A stretch of 64,000 bases of DNA, from NCBI GenBank assembly GCA_963712745.1, contig CAVQJC010000001.1, positions 224,001 to 288,000 on the forward strand, read 5' to 3'. Source of the stretch: an uncultured Chloroflexia bacterium. GTDB taxonomy: Bacteria > Chloroflexota > Limnocylindria > Limnocylindrales > CSP1-4. Shown here piece after piece: positions 54,494 through 64,000 of the stretch. Positions within the stretch are counted from its first letter, which is position 1. Each line of letters opens with the position of its first letter. The notes under the pieces were generated by a model. The model did not search any database. It saw nothing but the letters and a program-made list of their open reading frames with translations, and was not told the DNA's origin. The translations under genes and the position numbers were made by a program.

Positions 54494-56319
54494 TCGACCG
54501 TCACCGACTTGGCCAGGTTGCGCGGCTGGTCGACGTCGGTGCCGCGCTCCACCGCGGTGTGATAGGCGAAGAGCTGCAGCGGGATGACCGCCAGCACCGG
54601 GCTCAGCATCTCGACGGTGGGGGGCACCCACATGATGTCGTCAGCCACGGCCTTCATGCGGTCATCACCCTCGGTCACGACGGCGATGACGTGGGCATCC
54701 CGGGCGCGACCCTCCATCAGGTTGCTGACGAGCTTGTCGTGCACCGCGGTGCGAGTGGCCACCGCCACCAGCGGCACCTCCGCGTCGAGCAGCGAGATGG
54801 GCCCGTGCTTCAGCTCCCCCGCCGCGTAGCCCTCGGCGTGCACGTAGCTGACCTCCTTGAGCTTGAGTGCACCTTCGAGGGCGGCCGGGTAGGTGATGCC
54901 GCGGCCGACGTACATGTAGCCACGAGAACCCACGTAGCGGCGGGCCAGCTCGGCCGCCGAGGCCTCGTTGAGTTCGAGGGTGCGCTCGGCATTGGCCGGC
55001 AGGGCTCGTAGCCCCTCCACCAGGGCCTTCTCATAGAGGGGATCGAGGCGGCCGCGTATCTTGGCCATCTGGGCCGCCACGAGCAGCAGCGTCAGCACCT
55101 GCGTCACGTAGGTCTTGGTGGCCACGACGGCGATCTCCGGCCCGGCCTGCAGGAAGAGCACCGCGTCGGCCTCGCGCGTGATGGCCGAGCCGACCGTGTT
55201 GGTCACCGCTACCACCGGGCAGCCCCGCTCCCGGGCGAGGCGGGTAGGGGCCAGCGTGTCGGCCGTCTCGCCCGACTGCGTGACCGCGATGACCAGCGTC
55301 TTCTGGTCCAGCGGAGGCGGATCGTAGCGGAACTCGGAACCCACGTTCCAGCGGGCTGGCAGCCCGGTCCATGCCTGCAGCGCAGTGGCCGCCACGGCCG
55401 CGGCATAGGCCGCGCTGCCGCAGGCGACGAGCTCGACGCGCTCGATGTAGGGCAGGATCGCCCGCAGCGGCTCGAGCTCCGGCACCCGCACCTCGTCCTG
55501 GTGGATGCGCCCGGCGATGGCGGCCCGGATGGCCTCCGGCTGCTCGTGCATCTCCTTGAGCATGTAGTGCTCGTAGCCACCCTTCTCGGCAGCCTCGATG
55601 TCCCAATCGATCTGGTGCACGGGCCGTACCTGGGGGCGGCCGACGATGTCGGTGATGGACACCCGGCCGGGACGGATGTCGGCCACGTCGCCCTCCTCCA
55701 GGAAGATGACGTCGCGCGTGTAGGCCAGCACCGCAGCCACATCGGAGGCCAGGAAGGCCTCTTCCTCGCCCAGACCGACGATGAGCGGCACGTTCATCTT
55801 GGCCCCCAGCACGCGGTCGGGCTCACCCTTGTGGATGACCGCCAGGGCGTAGGCGCCGTGGGCCCGCTGGAGGGCCTCGCGGACGGCAGCCGCGAGGTCA
55901 CCGTGGTAGGCCTCTTCGACGAGGTGGGCGATGGCCTCGGTGTCGGTCTCGCTGTCGAAGACGTGACCTGCCGCCTCCAGCTCCGCCCGCAGCTCGATGA
56001 AGTTCTCGATGATGCCGTTGTGGATGACCGTCAGCTCGCCGGTGCAGTCGACGTGGGGATGGGCGTTGAGATCATTGGGCCGTCCGTGAGTGGCCCAGCG
56101 TGTGTGACCCAGTCCCGCCGTCGAGGCCGGGGTACCTTCGGCCAGGGCCTTCTGCAATCCGGCGATCTTGCCGGCTCGCTTGCGCACGAAGAGGTCGCCC
56201 GCCTCGGTGACAAGGGCGATGCCGGCCGAGTCGTAGCCGCGATACTCGAGCCGGGCCAGGCCCTCGATCAGCACTGGTGCCGCCTGACGATGGCCGACGT
56301 AGCCGACGATCCCGCACAT
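54490..56319 (-). CDS. glmS: Glutamine--fructose-6-phosphate aminotransferase
   Basis: MCGIVG, LEYRGYDSAG, GHTRWATHG, QSGETADT, PRNLAKSVTVE. Confidence 0.98.
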   Translation of the reverse strand: MCGIVGYVGHRQAAPVLIEGLARLEYRGYDSAGIALVTEAGDLFVRKRAGKIAGLQKALAEGTPASTAGLGHTRWATHGRPNDLNAHPHVDCTGELTVIHNGIIENFIELRAELEAAGHVFDSETDTEAIAHLVEEAYHGDLAAAVREALQRAHGAYALAVIHKGEPDRVLGAKMNVPLIVGLGEEEAFLASDVAAVLAYTRDVIFLEEGDVADIRPGRVSITDIVGRPQVRPVHQIDWDIEAAEKGGYEHYMLKEMHEQPEAIRAAIAGRIHQDEVRVPELEPLRAILPYIERVELVACGSAAYAAAVAATALQAWTGLPARWNVGSEFRYDPPPLDQKTLVIAVTQSGETADTLAPTRLARERGCPVVAVTNTVGSAITREADAVLFLQAGPEIAVVATKTYVTQVLTLLLVAAQMAKIRGRLDPLYEKALVEGLRALPANAERTLELNEASAAELARRYVGSRGYMYVGRGITYPAALEGALKLKEVSYVHAEGYAAGELKHGPISLLDAEVPLVAVATRTAVHDKLVSNLMEGRARDAHVIAVVTEGDDRMKAVADDIMWVPPTVEMLSPVLAVIPLQLFAYHTAVERGTDVDQPRNLAKSVTVE

Positions 56320-56322
56320 GGC

Positions 56323-57660
56323 CTAGTGCTCCTGGTTGAGGCGCTCTGCCGCGAGCGCAGCGAGCTCGTCGGCCAGGCGCAGCACGAGTGTCGCGTCACG
56401 ACCCTCGACCATCACGCGCAGGGCCGGTTCGGTACCCGAGGGCCGGACCACGATACGTCCGTGCGCGGCCAGCTCGGCCTCGGCCGCGGCCACGGCCTCG
56501 GTCAGCACCCGGTCGGCCCGCCACTCCTTGGTGCGCACCCGGATGGTCCGCTGCTCCTGGGGATCGAGCGGGATGGCCGCGGCCAGCTCCGAGAGGGGGC
56601 GGCCGCTGCGGGCGAGGATGTCGAGGATCTCGAGGGCGGTGACGATGCCGTCGCCGGTGTCGGTGTGCTCGCGGATGATGACGTGGCCGCTCTTCTCCCC
56701 GCCGAGACCGGCGTCGGAGACAAGCATCGAGTCGACGATGTAGCGGTCGCCCACCTTGGTGCGCAGCACGCGCCCGCCGGCCCCTTCGACCGCGCGGGCG
56801 AGGCCGCCGTTGCTGAGGATGGTGACCACGAGGGTGTCCTCTGCCAGCGCCCCCCGGGCCAGCCGGTCGAGCGCGATGATGCCCAGGAGCTGGTCCCCGT
56901 CGACGACCTGGCCGCGCTCATCGACGGCCACGCAGCGATCGGCGTCGCCATCGAGGCTGAAGCCGACGTCGCCACCCTGACTGGCCACGATGCCGGCCAG
57001 CGTCCCCGGTACGGTCGCGCCGCAATCGAGATTGATGTTGAGCCCGTCGGGCTGGTCGTAGTGTGCGCTCACGGAGGCACCCGAGGCGGCCAGGATGGGC
57101 GGTGCCACGGCCGAGGCCGAGCCGTTGGCACAGTCGACGTGCAGGCGCAGGTCGGAGCCGATGCGCCCGGCCATGCCCAGCCGGTGCTCGAGGTAGTGGT
57201 CCAGGTCCTGGCGGGCGTCGACGATGCGTCCGAGGGCGGCGTTGCGCGGGCTGCCCAGCTCCTCGGAACGGATGATGAGCGTCTCGAGCTCGTCCTCCAT
57301 CTCGTCATCGAGCTTGAGGCCCTTGCCGCTGAGGACCTTGAGACCGTTGTCCTCGGCGGGATTGTGCGAGGCACTCACCATCACGCCCGCCGCGTACCCG
57401 CTCACCGCCGTGACGTGCGCCAGCGCCGGCGTGGGGCAGATCCCGAGGGCGTGGACATCGGCGCCGGCGGAGGTGCCGCCGGACATGAGCGCAGCGGTGA
57501 ACATGTCGCCCGAACGGCGGGTGTCCTGGCCCACCAGGATGCGGCCGCCGGGACCTGCCAGCCTGGTGGCGATGGCCCGTCCAAGCGCGTGGGCCAGTGA
57601 TGGTTTGAGATCTACGTTGGCGACACCGCGGATGCCGTCAGTGCCGAAGAGATTGCTCAC
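56323..57660 (-). CDS. glmM: Phosphoglucosamine mutase
   Basis: FGTDGIRG, SASHNP, DGDADR, GGEKSGH, RPSGTEP. Confidence 0.96.
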   Translation of the reverse strand: MSNLFGTDGIRGVANVDLKPSLAHALGRAIATRLAGPGGRILVGQDTRRSGDMFTAALMSGGTSAGADVHALGICPTPALAHVTAVSGYAAGVMVSASHNPAEDNGLKVLSGKGLKLDDEMEDELETLIIRSEELGSPRNAALGRIVDARQDLDHYLEHRLGMAGRIGSDLRLHVDCANGSASAVAPPILAASGASVSAHYDQPDGLNINLDCGATVPGTLAGIVASQGGDVGFSLDGDADRCVAVDERGQVVDGDQLLGIIALDRLARGALAEDTLVVTILSNGGLARAVEGAGGRVLRTKVGDRYIVDSMLVSDAGLGGEKSGHVIIREHTDTGDGIVTALEILDILARSGRPLSELAAAIPLDPQEQRTIRVRTKEWRADRVLTEAVAAAEAELAAHGRIVVRPSGTEPALRVMVEGRDATLVLRLADELAALAAERLNQEH

Positions 57661-58871
57661 GAAGGCTGCGCGACCGTGACACGCACGGTGGCGGGCGACA
57701 CTTGCACGACGCTCGTGCCGCGGGGGGTTCGGACGATGGGCATGACCTCATTGTCGCCCACCTCGAGGCCGGCCGCCGGAACCTCCACGCTGATCTCCTC
57801 CACCGAGAGCTCGTCGAGTTCGGCCACCGGTCCCGAGACCACCACACTGACCGAGGGTTGTGCCAGGCGATAGGCGAAGCTGGGGTCGGGCCCGCTGAGG
57901 GCGGGGCCGACCTCGAAGGTCCGCGAGCCGAACGAATCGGTGAAGGTGACCAGCACGGTGACCTCCTCCGCCCCGGCGCTGGTGATCTCCTCGGGCAAGA
58001 CGAGTGCGGACTCCACCACCAGCTCCACCGATTGGCCTCCGATATCGACCGGCTCGGTGGTGATGAACCCAAGCTGCCGGATGGTCGGATTCTCACCGCT
58101 GACGGTGACCGTAGCGGGCAGGACCGAGACGTTGTCGACGCGCTTGCCGTGGAGCGGTTCACCGACCAGTTCGGGGATGATGGGGAGGGTGGCATAGGCC
58201 AGCTGGCGCGCCACGTCGGCCCCTACGCGCACGGTCGCCGGCTGGACCTCGACGCCGGGCACGATGGCGCCGACCTCGTCGAAGGCCTCGACGGTCACGT
58301 CCTCATCGATGTTGATGCCCGAAGCGTCGACGATGAAGCGGCCCTCGACGCTGCGCACGTTCTGCAGTCGCGACGATGCTCCGCTGATGACGACCTGGTT
58401 GGGCTCGACGCTGATGGGCCCGAGCTCGATGCCCTCGGGTAGCGGACCGTGGTCGACCACGACCGGCATGGTCCGCGAGACGACCTCGTCGACGCGCACG
58501 GTCACGCCCGGGGGGTCGTAGCCCACCACGCGCACGCGCGGATCCACGGGGAAGACGTCGACCGGCACCTCCACGGTCGTGGCACCCGGTCGCGGCTCGA
58601 CCGCGGAAAGATCGATGCTGGCACGGAAGCTGTCGTTGGTGAGCGCCTCAGCGATCTCGCCCGAGGCGCGGAAGTCGATACGGGCCACCGCGCCGGGGTC
58701 GTCGAGGAGCGAGCCGCCAACGGGCGCATTGAGCACCTCGATGGGCACTGGACCGGTCCACGAGCGGGTCGACTCGGAGAGGGCCACGCCGGCGTAGAGC
58801 ACCACGGCCAGGCCCAGCGCGGTCAGCTTCAGGGGCCAGTTGCTGAAGACCAGGCGGCCGATGGTATTCAC
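57657..58871 (-). CDS. cdaR: CdaR/YbbR regulator of diadenylate cyclase
   Basis: NWPLKLTAL TM anchor, repeated (V/P)xxVxVSG YbbR-like units; lies between cdaA and glmM. Confidence 0.85.
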   Translation of the reverse strand: MNTIGRLVFSNWPLKLTALGLAVVLYAGVALSESTRSWTGPVPIEVLNAPVGGSLLDDPGAVARIDFRASGEIAEALTNDSFRASIDLSAVEPRPGATTVEVPVDVFPVDPRVRVVGYDPPGVTVRVDEVVSRTMPVVVDHGPLPEGIELGPISVEPNQVVISGASSRLQNVRSVEGRFIVDASGINIDEDVTVEAFDEVGAIVPGVEVQPATVRVGADVARQLAYATLPIIPELVGEPLHGKRVDNVSVLPATVTVSGENPTIRQLGFITTEPVDIGGQSVELVVESALVLPEEITSAGAEEVTVLVTFTDSFGSRTFEVGPALSGPDPSFAYRLAQPSVSVVVSGPVAELDELSVEEISVEVPAAGLEVGDNEVMPIVRTPRGTSVVQVSPATVRVTVAQPS

Positions 58872-59755
58872 CGCTCGTCCCCACCTTCGGCCGAGGGCGC
58901 AGGCTCGGGAGTGTCGCCCCCGCTGGGCGCGGCACCGTTGTGACGCCAGCTGACACGCCGGGCGCGGCTGCTCACGTCGGTTGGTGCGAGCAGGCCGTAG
59001 AGCCGCTGCCGCAGCTCGTCCTCGTCGAGCTCGCGCACGATGCGCCCGGTCTGGGCCAGGCTGATGGCGCCGCTCTCCTCGCTGACCACGATGGCCAGCG
59101 CGTCGGTCTGCTCGGTCACACCCAGCGCGGCTCGGTGCCGGGTCCCGTAGTGTTCGAGCGAGGTCTCGCGTTCGGCCAAGGGCAGCATCACGCCGGCTGC
59201 CACGATCTCATCGCCGCTGACGATGACGGCGCCGTCGTGCAGTGGATAGCCGGGCGCGAAGAGCGAGGCCAGCAGCTCCGCGGAGAGGTCTGCGTTCATG
59301 ATCACACCGGCCTCGGCCATATCGCCCAGGCCGGTGTCGCGCTCGACCACGATGAGCGCACCCGTGCGGCGGCGCTGCAACTTGGCCGCGGCGGCGGCGA
59401 TGATGGCCGCACGGCGCTGGTAACCGCTCGCGTCGGAGGCTCCGAGCCAGGCCCAGGAGCCGACCCGTCCGAGCCGGTCAAGCCCACGCCGGAGCTCCGG
59501 CTGGAAGACGACCACGAGTGCCACCAGACCGACCACGGCACCGGTCTGGAGGATGCCCGAGAGCAGGCGCAGGTCGAGTCCGAGGGCGATGACGTAGACG
59601 GCGTAGACGATGGCCGCGCCGATGGCCAGGCGCACCGCGCGCGTGCCCTGGATGAGGCGCAACACGAGATAGATGAGGACCGCGGTCAGGAAGATGTCGA
59701 GCAGAGCGCTCGGTTCGATCCGCAGGTCAGCAGCCAGGTCCCGCAACTGATCCAT
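58868..59755 (-). CDS. cdaA: Diadenylate cyclase CdaA/DacA
   Basis: Three TM helices, VFQPELRR, PLHDGAV, GTRHRAA, VSEESG. Confidence 0.95.
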   Translation of the reverse strand: MDQLRDLAADLRIEPSALLDIFLTAVLIYLVLRLIQGTRAVRLAIGAAIVYAVYVIALGLDLRLLSGILQTGAVVGLVALVVVFQPELRRGLDRLGRVGSWAWLGASDASGYQRRAAIIAAAAAKLQRRRTGALIVVERDTGLGDMAEAGVIMNADLSAELLASLFAPGYPLHDGAVIVSGDEIVAAGVMLPLAERETSLEHYGTRHRAALGVTEQTDALAIVVSEESGAISLAQTGRIVRELDEDELRQRLYGLLAPTDVSSRARRVSWRHNGAAPSGGDTPEPAPSAEGGDER

Positions 59756-59811
59756 CTGCGGCTGAGACTACCACCGCCGCGGGCCGGGGGACGGCGGCGC
59801 GGCAGCGGCGG

Positions 59812-60552
59812 TCAGGCGCCCATGGCAGCCAGGCGTTCGAGCTCCGGCGAGAGTGTGCGAAAGTCGCGAGCGAGCGCTGCCAAGGCGTTGCGCCGCAGGC
59901 GGTCGTCGTCGAGGTCGAGCCGGCGCTCGATGAGTAGTGCCCGTTGGACACCGAGCTCACGCCAGCCCAGCCGCAGGTAGAGCATGGCCATGACGAAGTG
60001 GAGGTCGATGTTGCCCGGGCGAGCCGCGAGTCCCCTGAGGCAGGCGTCGATCGCCGCGTCGAAGTCGTTGACCGCAGCGAAGCCGTTGGCGGCGGTGAGA
60101 CAGGCGGCGGCCGCGACGTCGAGGTCGCCGGCGGCGTGGGCGGCGGCGCCGTTGCTGATGTGTCGCTCCAGCTCGAGGGACCGGGCGTCGGTCACGCGCG
60201 AGCGGGAGTGGCCGGGACCGGCCATCGCCTCCAGCTCGGCGGCTCGGGAGCGCAGCGCTCCAGCTTCCAGGCCCTGGCCCCCCGCAGCCAGCGCGGCGGC
60301 CTTGCCCTTCATCGCCTCCACGTCTGAGGGCGACCGCTCGAGCGCCTGGTCGAAGACCTTGAGGGCGGCCTTCGGCTCCTGCATCCGCAGGTAGATGTTG
60401 CCGATGGCGACGAAGGGTAGCGGCCGGTCCGGGACCAGCTCGGCGGCCTCCTGATAGTGCCCGATGGCCTCTCGCGGGCGGCCCTTGACGACGGCGAGGT
60501 GGCCGCGCCGGAGGGCGTCCTTGTAGCGGATGGAGACAGGGTCGCTCATCAT
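59812..60552 (-). CDS. Tetratricopeptide repeat protein
   Basis: EAIGHYQEAAELVP, ALKVFDQALERSP, AAIDACLRGLAARP helical repeats. Confidence 0.8.
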   Translation of the reverse strand: MMSDPVSIRYKDALRRGHLAVVKGRPREAIGHYQEAAELVPDRPLPFVAIGNIYLRMQEPKAALKVFDQALERSPSDVEAMKGKAAALAAGGQGLEAGALRSRAAELEAMAGPGHSRSRVTDARSLELERHISNGAAAHAAGDLDVAAAACLTAANGFAAVNDFDAAIDACLRGLAARPGNIDLHFVMAMLYLRLGWRELGVQRALLIERRLDLDDDRLRRNALAALARDFRTLSPELERLAAMGA

Positions 60553-60683
60553 CCCTGAGCATCGAGTATGACGAAGCCCGGGACGATGCGTCGATGGTCC
60601 CGGGCTGCAGATAGGTGTGGTGTCCGTAGGTCCGGGGTGGTCCACACCCCGGACGGACGTGCTGCGCGCCGATGCGCGCGGCG

Positions 60684-61079
60684 CTAGCGCTTGGTGAACT
60701 GCGGCGCCTTGCGGGCTCGCTTGAGGCCGTACTTCTTGCGCTCCTTCATGCGCGGGTCGCGCGAGAGGAGGCCGGCCTGACGCAGCGGCACCCGGGCCCC
60801 CGGATCGGAGGCCAGGATGGCCCGGGCGATGCCGTGGCGGATGGCGCCGGCCTGGCCGTGATGGCCGCCGCCGTTGACCTTGACCATGGCGTTGAATTGA
60901 CCCTCCGTGCCGGTGACCCGGAAGGGCATCAGGATGTCAGCGAGGTCCACCGCGTTGCCGAAGTGCTCCTCCAGGCTGCGACCGTTGACCACGACCTCAC
61001 CCTCGCCGGTAAGGAGCCGCACGCGCGCCACGGCCGTCTTGCGGCGGCCGGTGCCCTCGTGGAAGGTGACCTGGTTCAT
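60684..61079 (-). CDS. rpsI: 30S ribosomal protein S9
   Basis: [44 protein letters not shown]. Confidence 0.98.
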   Translation of the reverse strand: MNQVTFHEGTGRRKTAVARVRLLTGEGEVVVNGRSLEEHFGNAVDLADILMPFRVTGTEGQFNAMVKVNGGGHHGQAGAIRHGIARAILASDPGARVPLRQAGLLSRDPRMKERKKYGLKRARKAPQFTKR

Positions 61080-61522
61080 CAGTTAGCGCCTCCTGCCGGA
61101 GCGGGAACCGGCTGCTGTGCCTCGTGCGGATGGTCCTTGCCGGCGTAGACCTTGAGCTTGCGCATCTGCTGGGTTCCGAGGCGGGTGTGCGGGACCATGC
61201 CCTTGACCGCGCGGCGGATCACCTCCTCGGGGCGTCGCTCCAGCAGATGGCTCAGCTTCTCCTCACGGAGGCCGCCGGGGTAGCCACTGTGCCGGTAGTA
61301 GCGCTTGGACTCCAGCTTGTCGCCGGTGACCTTGATCTTCTCGGCGTTGATGATGATGACGTGGTCACCGGTGTCGATGTGCGTCGAGTAGGTCGGCTTG
61401 TGCTTGCCGGTCAGCAGTCGCGCCACACGCGTGGCGAGACGGCCGAGCGTCTGACCGTCGGCATCGACGACCAGCCACTGGCGCTCGATCTCACTTGCCT
61501 TTGGCGTGTAGGTCCTGCTCAT
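61079..61522 (-). CDS. rplM: 50S ribosomal protein L13
   Basis: WLVVDA..LGRLA, GKHKP, HSGYPGG, HPHEAQ. Confidence 0.98.
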   Translation of the reverse strand: MSRTYTPKASEIERQWLVVDADGQTLGRLATRVARLLTGKHKPTYSTHIDTGDHVIIINAEKIKVTGDKLESKRYYRHSGYPGGLREEKLSHLLERRPEEVIRRAVKGMVPHTRLGTQQMRKLKVYAGKDHPHEAQQPVPAPAGGAN

Positions 61523-62319
61523 GGCCCCTGTCGTGCTTCCTTGTTGGATGTCCTTGTCGATCTCGATGGTCCGATCGTGGCCCGTCGCAGGCAGAGCCCA
61601 CGTGCGGGTGCGACCGCCCCTTCGAAGGCCCTGCCCGGCGATCCAAGCTCGCGGACCAGGTCCTCTGCGGTGGCCCGTCCCATCCCGATACGGATGAGGG
61701 CGGCCACGATGCTGCGCACCATCTGGCGCAGGAAGGCGTCGCCGGCCACGTCGACCGTGACCAGGTGGCCTCGCCTGCGGACCCGGATCTCGTAGAGCGT
61801 CCGGACCGAGGTGTGCTGAACGCGCCCGAAGGCCGAGAAGTCATGCCGACCGACCAGGTGCTGGGCGGCGGCGTGCATGGCCCCGGCATCGAGGCGTTCA
61901 TCGAGTTCGTAGACGTAGCGCCTGCGCAATGGCTTGCGCGGGCCCGTCCAGATGCTGTAGCGGTACTCCCTCCGCGTCGCGGCGCGACGTGGATCGAAGT
62001 CGATCGCTACCCGTGTCAGCGGCCCGATCGAGACGTCCGGGGGCAACAACGCCCCGATGGCCCGACCAAGCTCCGACGCGATCATGCTGCCCTGCCAGGT
62101 GAACGCGATCACCTGCCCGGTGGCATGCACCCCGGCATCCGTGCGACCGGCCGCGTCGATCCGGATGCGAGGCTCACCCGACAGGTGGGCCAACGCGCGC
62201 TCCAGCTCTCCCTGGACGGTCCGACGGCCAGGCTGTGCCTGGAAGCCGGCGAACTCAGTGCCGTCGTATTCGACCCGTGCGCGGTACCGCACGGGGCCGC
62301 CCTCTCGGGCAGTCTTCAT
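61519..62319 (-). CDS. truA: tRNA pseudouridine(38-40) synthase
   Basis: [35 protein letters not shown]. Confidence 0.96.
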   Translation of the reverse strand: MKTAREGGPVRYRARVEYDGTEFAGFQAQPGRRTVQGELERALAHLSGEPRIRIDAAGRTDAGVHATGQVIAFTWQGSMIASELGRAIGALLPPDVSIGPLTRVAIDFDPRRAATRREYRYSIWTGPRKPLRRRYVYELDERLDAGAMHAAAQHLVGRHDFSAFGRVQHTSVRTLYEIRVRRRGHLVTVDVAGDAFLRQMVRSIVAALIRIGMGRATAEDLVRELGSPGRAFEGAVAPARGLCLRRATIGPSRSTRTSNKEARQGP

Positions 62320-62367
62320 CTTGTCCGTCGCGTCCCGACGCTTGCGCGCCCGGCTCGGCGGCTCTGC

Positions 62368-62721
62368 CTAGACCAGCTCGAGCTGGACCATCGGGGCGCT
62401 GTCGCCGGGCCGAGGGCCAAGCTTGACGACCCGGGTGTAGCCCGAGTTGCGACCCCCGTAGCGGGGCACGATCTCGTCGTAGAGCTTCTCGATCACGAGC
62501 GGCTCATCGGGCAGCTCAGCCACGATGCGCCGGCGCTCGGCGAGGGTCCCACCCTTGGCCAGCGTGATCACACGCTCGACCATGCCGCGCACTTCCTTGG
62601 CGCGAGCCTCGGTGGTCTTGATCTGTTCGTAGCGCAGGACGGCCACGATGAGGTTGGCGTACATGGCCTTGCGTGGCGCGGTCTTACGACCGAACTTGCG
62701 CCCATCGATACGGTGAGCCAC
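62368..62721 (-). CDS. rplQ: 50S ribosomal protein L17
   Basis: IKTTEARAKE, R.SGYTRVVK, RPGDSAPM. Confidence 0.97.
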   Translation of the reverse strand: MAHRIDGRKFGRKTAPRKAMYANLIVAVLRYEQIKTTEARAKEVRGMVERVITLAKGGTLAERRRIVAELPDEPLVIEKLYDEIVPRYGGRNSGYTRVVKLGPRPGDSAPMVQLELV

Positions 62722-62723
62722 GG

Positions 62724-63752
62724 CTAGACGTCCTCCTCCATGAAGGTCTCGTCCAGCTCGGCGTCGTCCTCGACATCCTCGGCCTCAGCCTCGGCATCGA
62801 AGCCTTCGAGCGCCTCGTCCTCGGGCGGCAGGAAGCCTCGCATGCGCAGGCGTTCCTTCATCTCGTCGAGGGACTTCTTGCCGAAGTTGCGCATGCGCAG
62901 CAGGTCCTCGTCCTGCAGCTGTAGCAGCTGTCCGACCCTGACGATGTTGTTGCGCTTCAGTGAGTTGTAGGCCCGCATGGGCAGGTCCAGGTCCTCGATC
63001 GGCATATCCAGCACGTTGGGCGGCAGCGTCTCCGCGCCGCTCACGGCCTCGACCTCGCTGGTCAGCTGGCGGCCGGCAGTGGTGAACTGGCTGAACTGCT
63101 CGACCAGCATCTCCGCGGCGCGGGAGAGCGCCTCTTCCGGAGAGATGGTGCCGTCGGTCTCGATGACGAGGGTCAGCTTGTCGTAGTTGGTGACCTGTCC
63201 CACTCGCGTGTTCTCGACGTGGTAGTCGACCTTGCGCACGGGCGTGAAGATGGCGTCGACCGGGATGACCCCGATAGGCAGGCCTTCCTTGGTGTCCTCC
63301 GCCGAGAGGTAGCCGGTGCCACGCTCCACGGTCAGGTCCATCTCGATGGTCGCGTCCGGCTCCAGGGTCAGGATGTGCTGGTCGGGGTTGACGATCTCGA
63401 CGTCCGCGGACTCCACGATGTCAGCCGCGGTGACCGGCCCGGCCCCGCTCTTGACGAGCTTCAGCTGGGTCGGATGGGGGACGTAGCTCTTGAGCCGCAG
63501 CCGCTTGAGGTTGAGGAGGATCTGGATGACGTCCTCCTTGACCCCGGCGATGGTGCTGAACTCGTGGCTGACGTCGCGGATCTGCACGGAGGTGACTGCG
63601 GCACCCTCCAACGACGAGAGCAGCACGCGCCGAAGCGCGTTGCCCAGCGTGACGCCATAGCCGGCGCGCAGCGGGCTCGCCTCGTACTTGCCGTAGGTCT
63701 CAGTCTCGAGCTCCTCGACGGACTCGATCTGGGCATTCTCCAGTTCGATCAT
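62724..63752 (-). CDS. rpoA: RNA polymerase subunit alpha
   Basis: GYGVTLGNALRRVLLSS, GVKED, DAIFTPV, RAYNSLKR, NFGKKSL. Confidence 0.98.
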   Translation of the reverse strand: MIELENAQIESVEELETETYGKYEASPLRAGYGVTLGNALRRVLLSSLEGAAVTSVQIRDVSHEFSTIAGVKEDVIQILLNLKRLRLKSYVPHPTQLKLVKSGAGPVTAADIVESADVEIVNPDQHILTLEPDATIEMDLTVERGTGYLSAEDTKEGLPIGVIPVDAIFTPVRKVDYHVENTRVGQVTNYDKLTLVIETDGTISPEEALSRAAEMLVEQFSQFTTAGRQLTSEVEAVSGAETLPPNVLDMPIEDLDLPMRAYNSLKRNNIVRVGQLLQLQDEDLLRMRNFGKKSLDEMKERLRMRGFLPPEDEALEGFDAEAEAEDVEDDAELDETFMEEDV

Positions 63753-63761
63753 GTGCTGGCG

Positions 63762-64000
63762 CTACCTCGAGTAGTACTCGACCACGAGCTGCTCGTTGAG
63801 TTCGAGCGGCATCTGGTCGCGGGTCGGCATCGCCGTCACGGTCCCGACAAGCTTGTCGGCGTCGACATCGACCCAGTCAGGCTTCTGGGCGCCACCGATG
63901 GCGTCCTTCAGCTGCTTGAAGTATTCGGTCTTGCGGCTGGTGGCGCGCACCTCGATCTTGTCGCCCTCCCGAACACGGAACGAGGGGATGTTGGTACGCG
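63762..64000 (-). CDS. rpsD: 30S ribosomal protein S4 (3' part; runs off the window)
   Basis: RTNIPSFRV..GD.IEV...NEQLVVEYYSR, directly upstream of rpoA. Confidence 0.95.
   Translation of the reverse strand, partial: RTNIPSFRVREGDKIEVRATSRKTEYFKQLKDAIGGAQKPDWVDVDADKLVGTVTAMPTRDQMPLELNEQLVVEYYSR

Noticed and set aside
56316-56330. glmS ribozyme
   Set aside because: glmM ends 3 bp before the glmS start, leaving no room.

Overview
High-GC (roughly 70%) bacterial chromosomal window, probably Chloroflexota (Limnocylindria-like). The taxonomy is inferred from gene content and order, not from a search. Most of it is core genome: rpsD(partial)-rpoA-rplQ-truA-rplM-rpsI; TPR protein-cdaA-cdaR-glmM-glmS-acpS-nnrD-alr; an uncharacterised three-gene module with a degenerate GlmL/actin-fold protein; tsaE-tsaB-rimI-tsaD-rsmA-ispE-ridA; glmU-corC; polyprenyl synthase; recO-glyQS; nfnAB, FNR, AhpC-like, ppdK; two tandem MarR+RND cassettes; LCP, CAP, iolG, amidohydrolase; a heavily frameshifted aapJQMP amino-acid ABC operon; mtnN, an MBL hydrolase, dnaG-rpoD; and a cluster of Lys-rich secreted DUF4397-like paralogues around an HTH-PD-(D/E)XK-like gene. 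The main observations are as follows. (1) The primary sigma factor carries a 76-aa insertion in region 3 that reads like a Cys-less PTS EIIB domain, plus a roughly 180-aa non-conserved-region insertion. (2) Five intergenic elements of about 110-205 bp are unrelated in sequence but share an architecture: imperfect terminal inverted repeats and a reiterated short motif. One directly follows the HTH-nuclease gene and another lies inside a 44-bp duplication of a gene end. (3) The GlmL-like module sits in the cell-wall/t6A operon. (4) Many starts look leaderless. No tRNA, rRNA, CRISPR array or transposase was found. Scattered indels probably reflect consensus errors.
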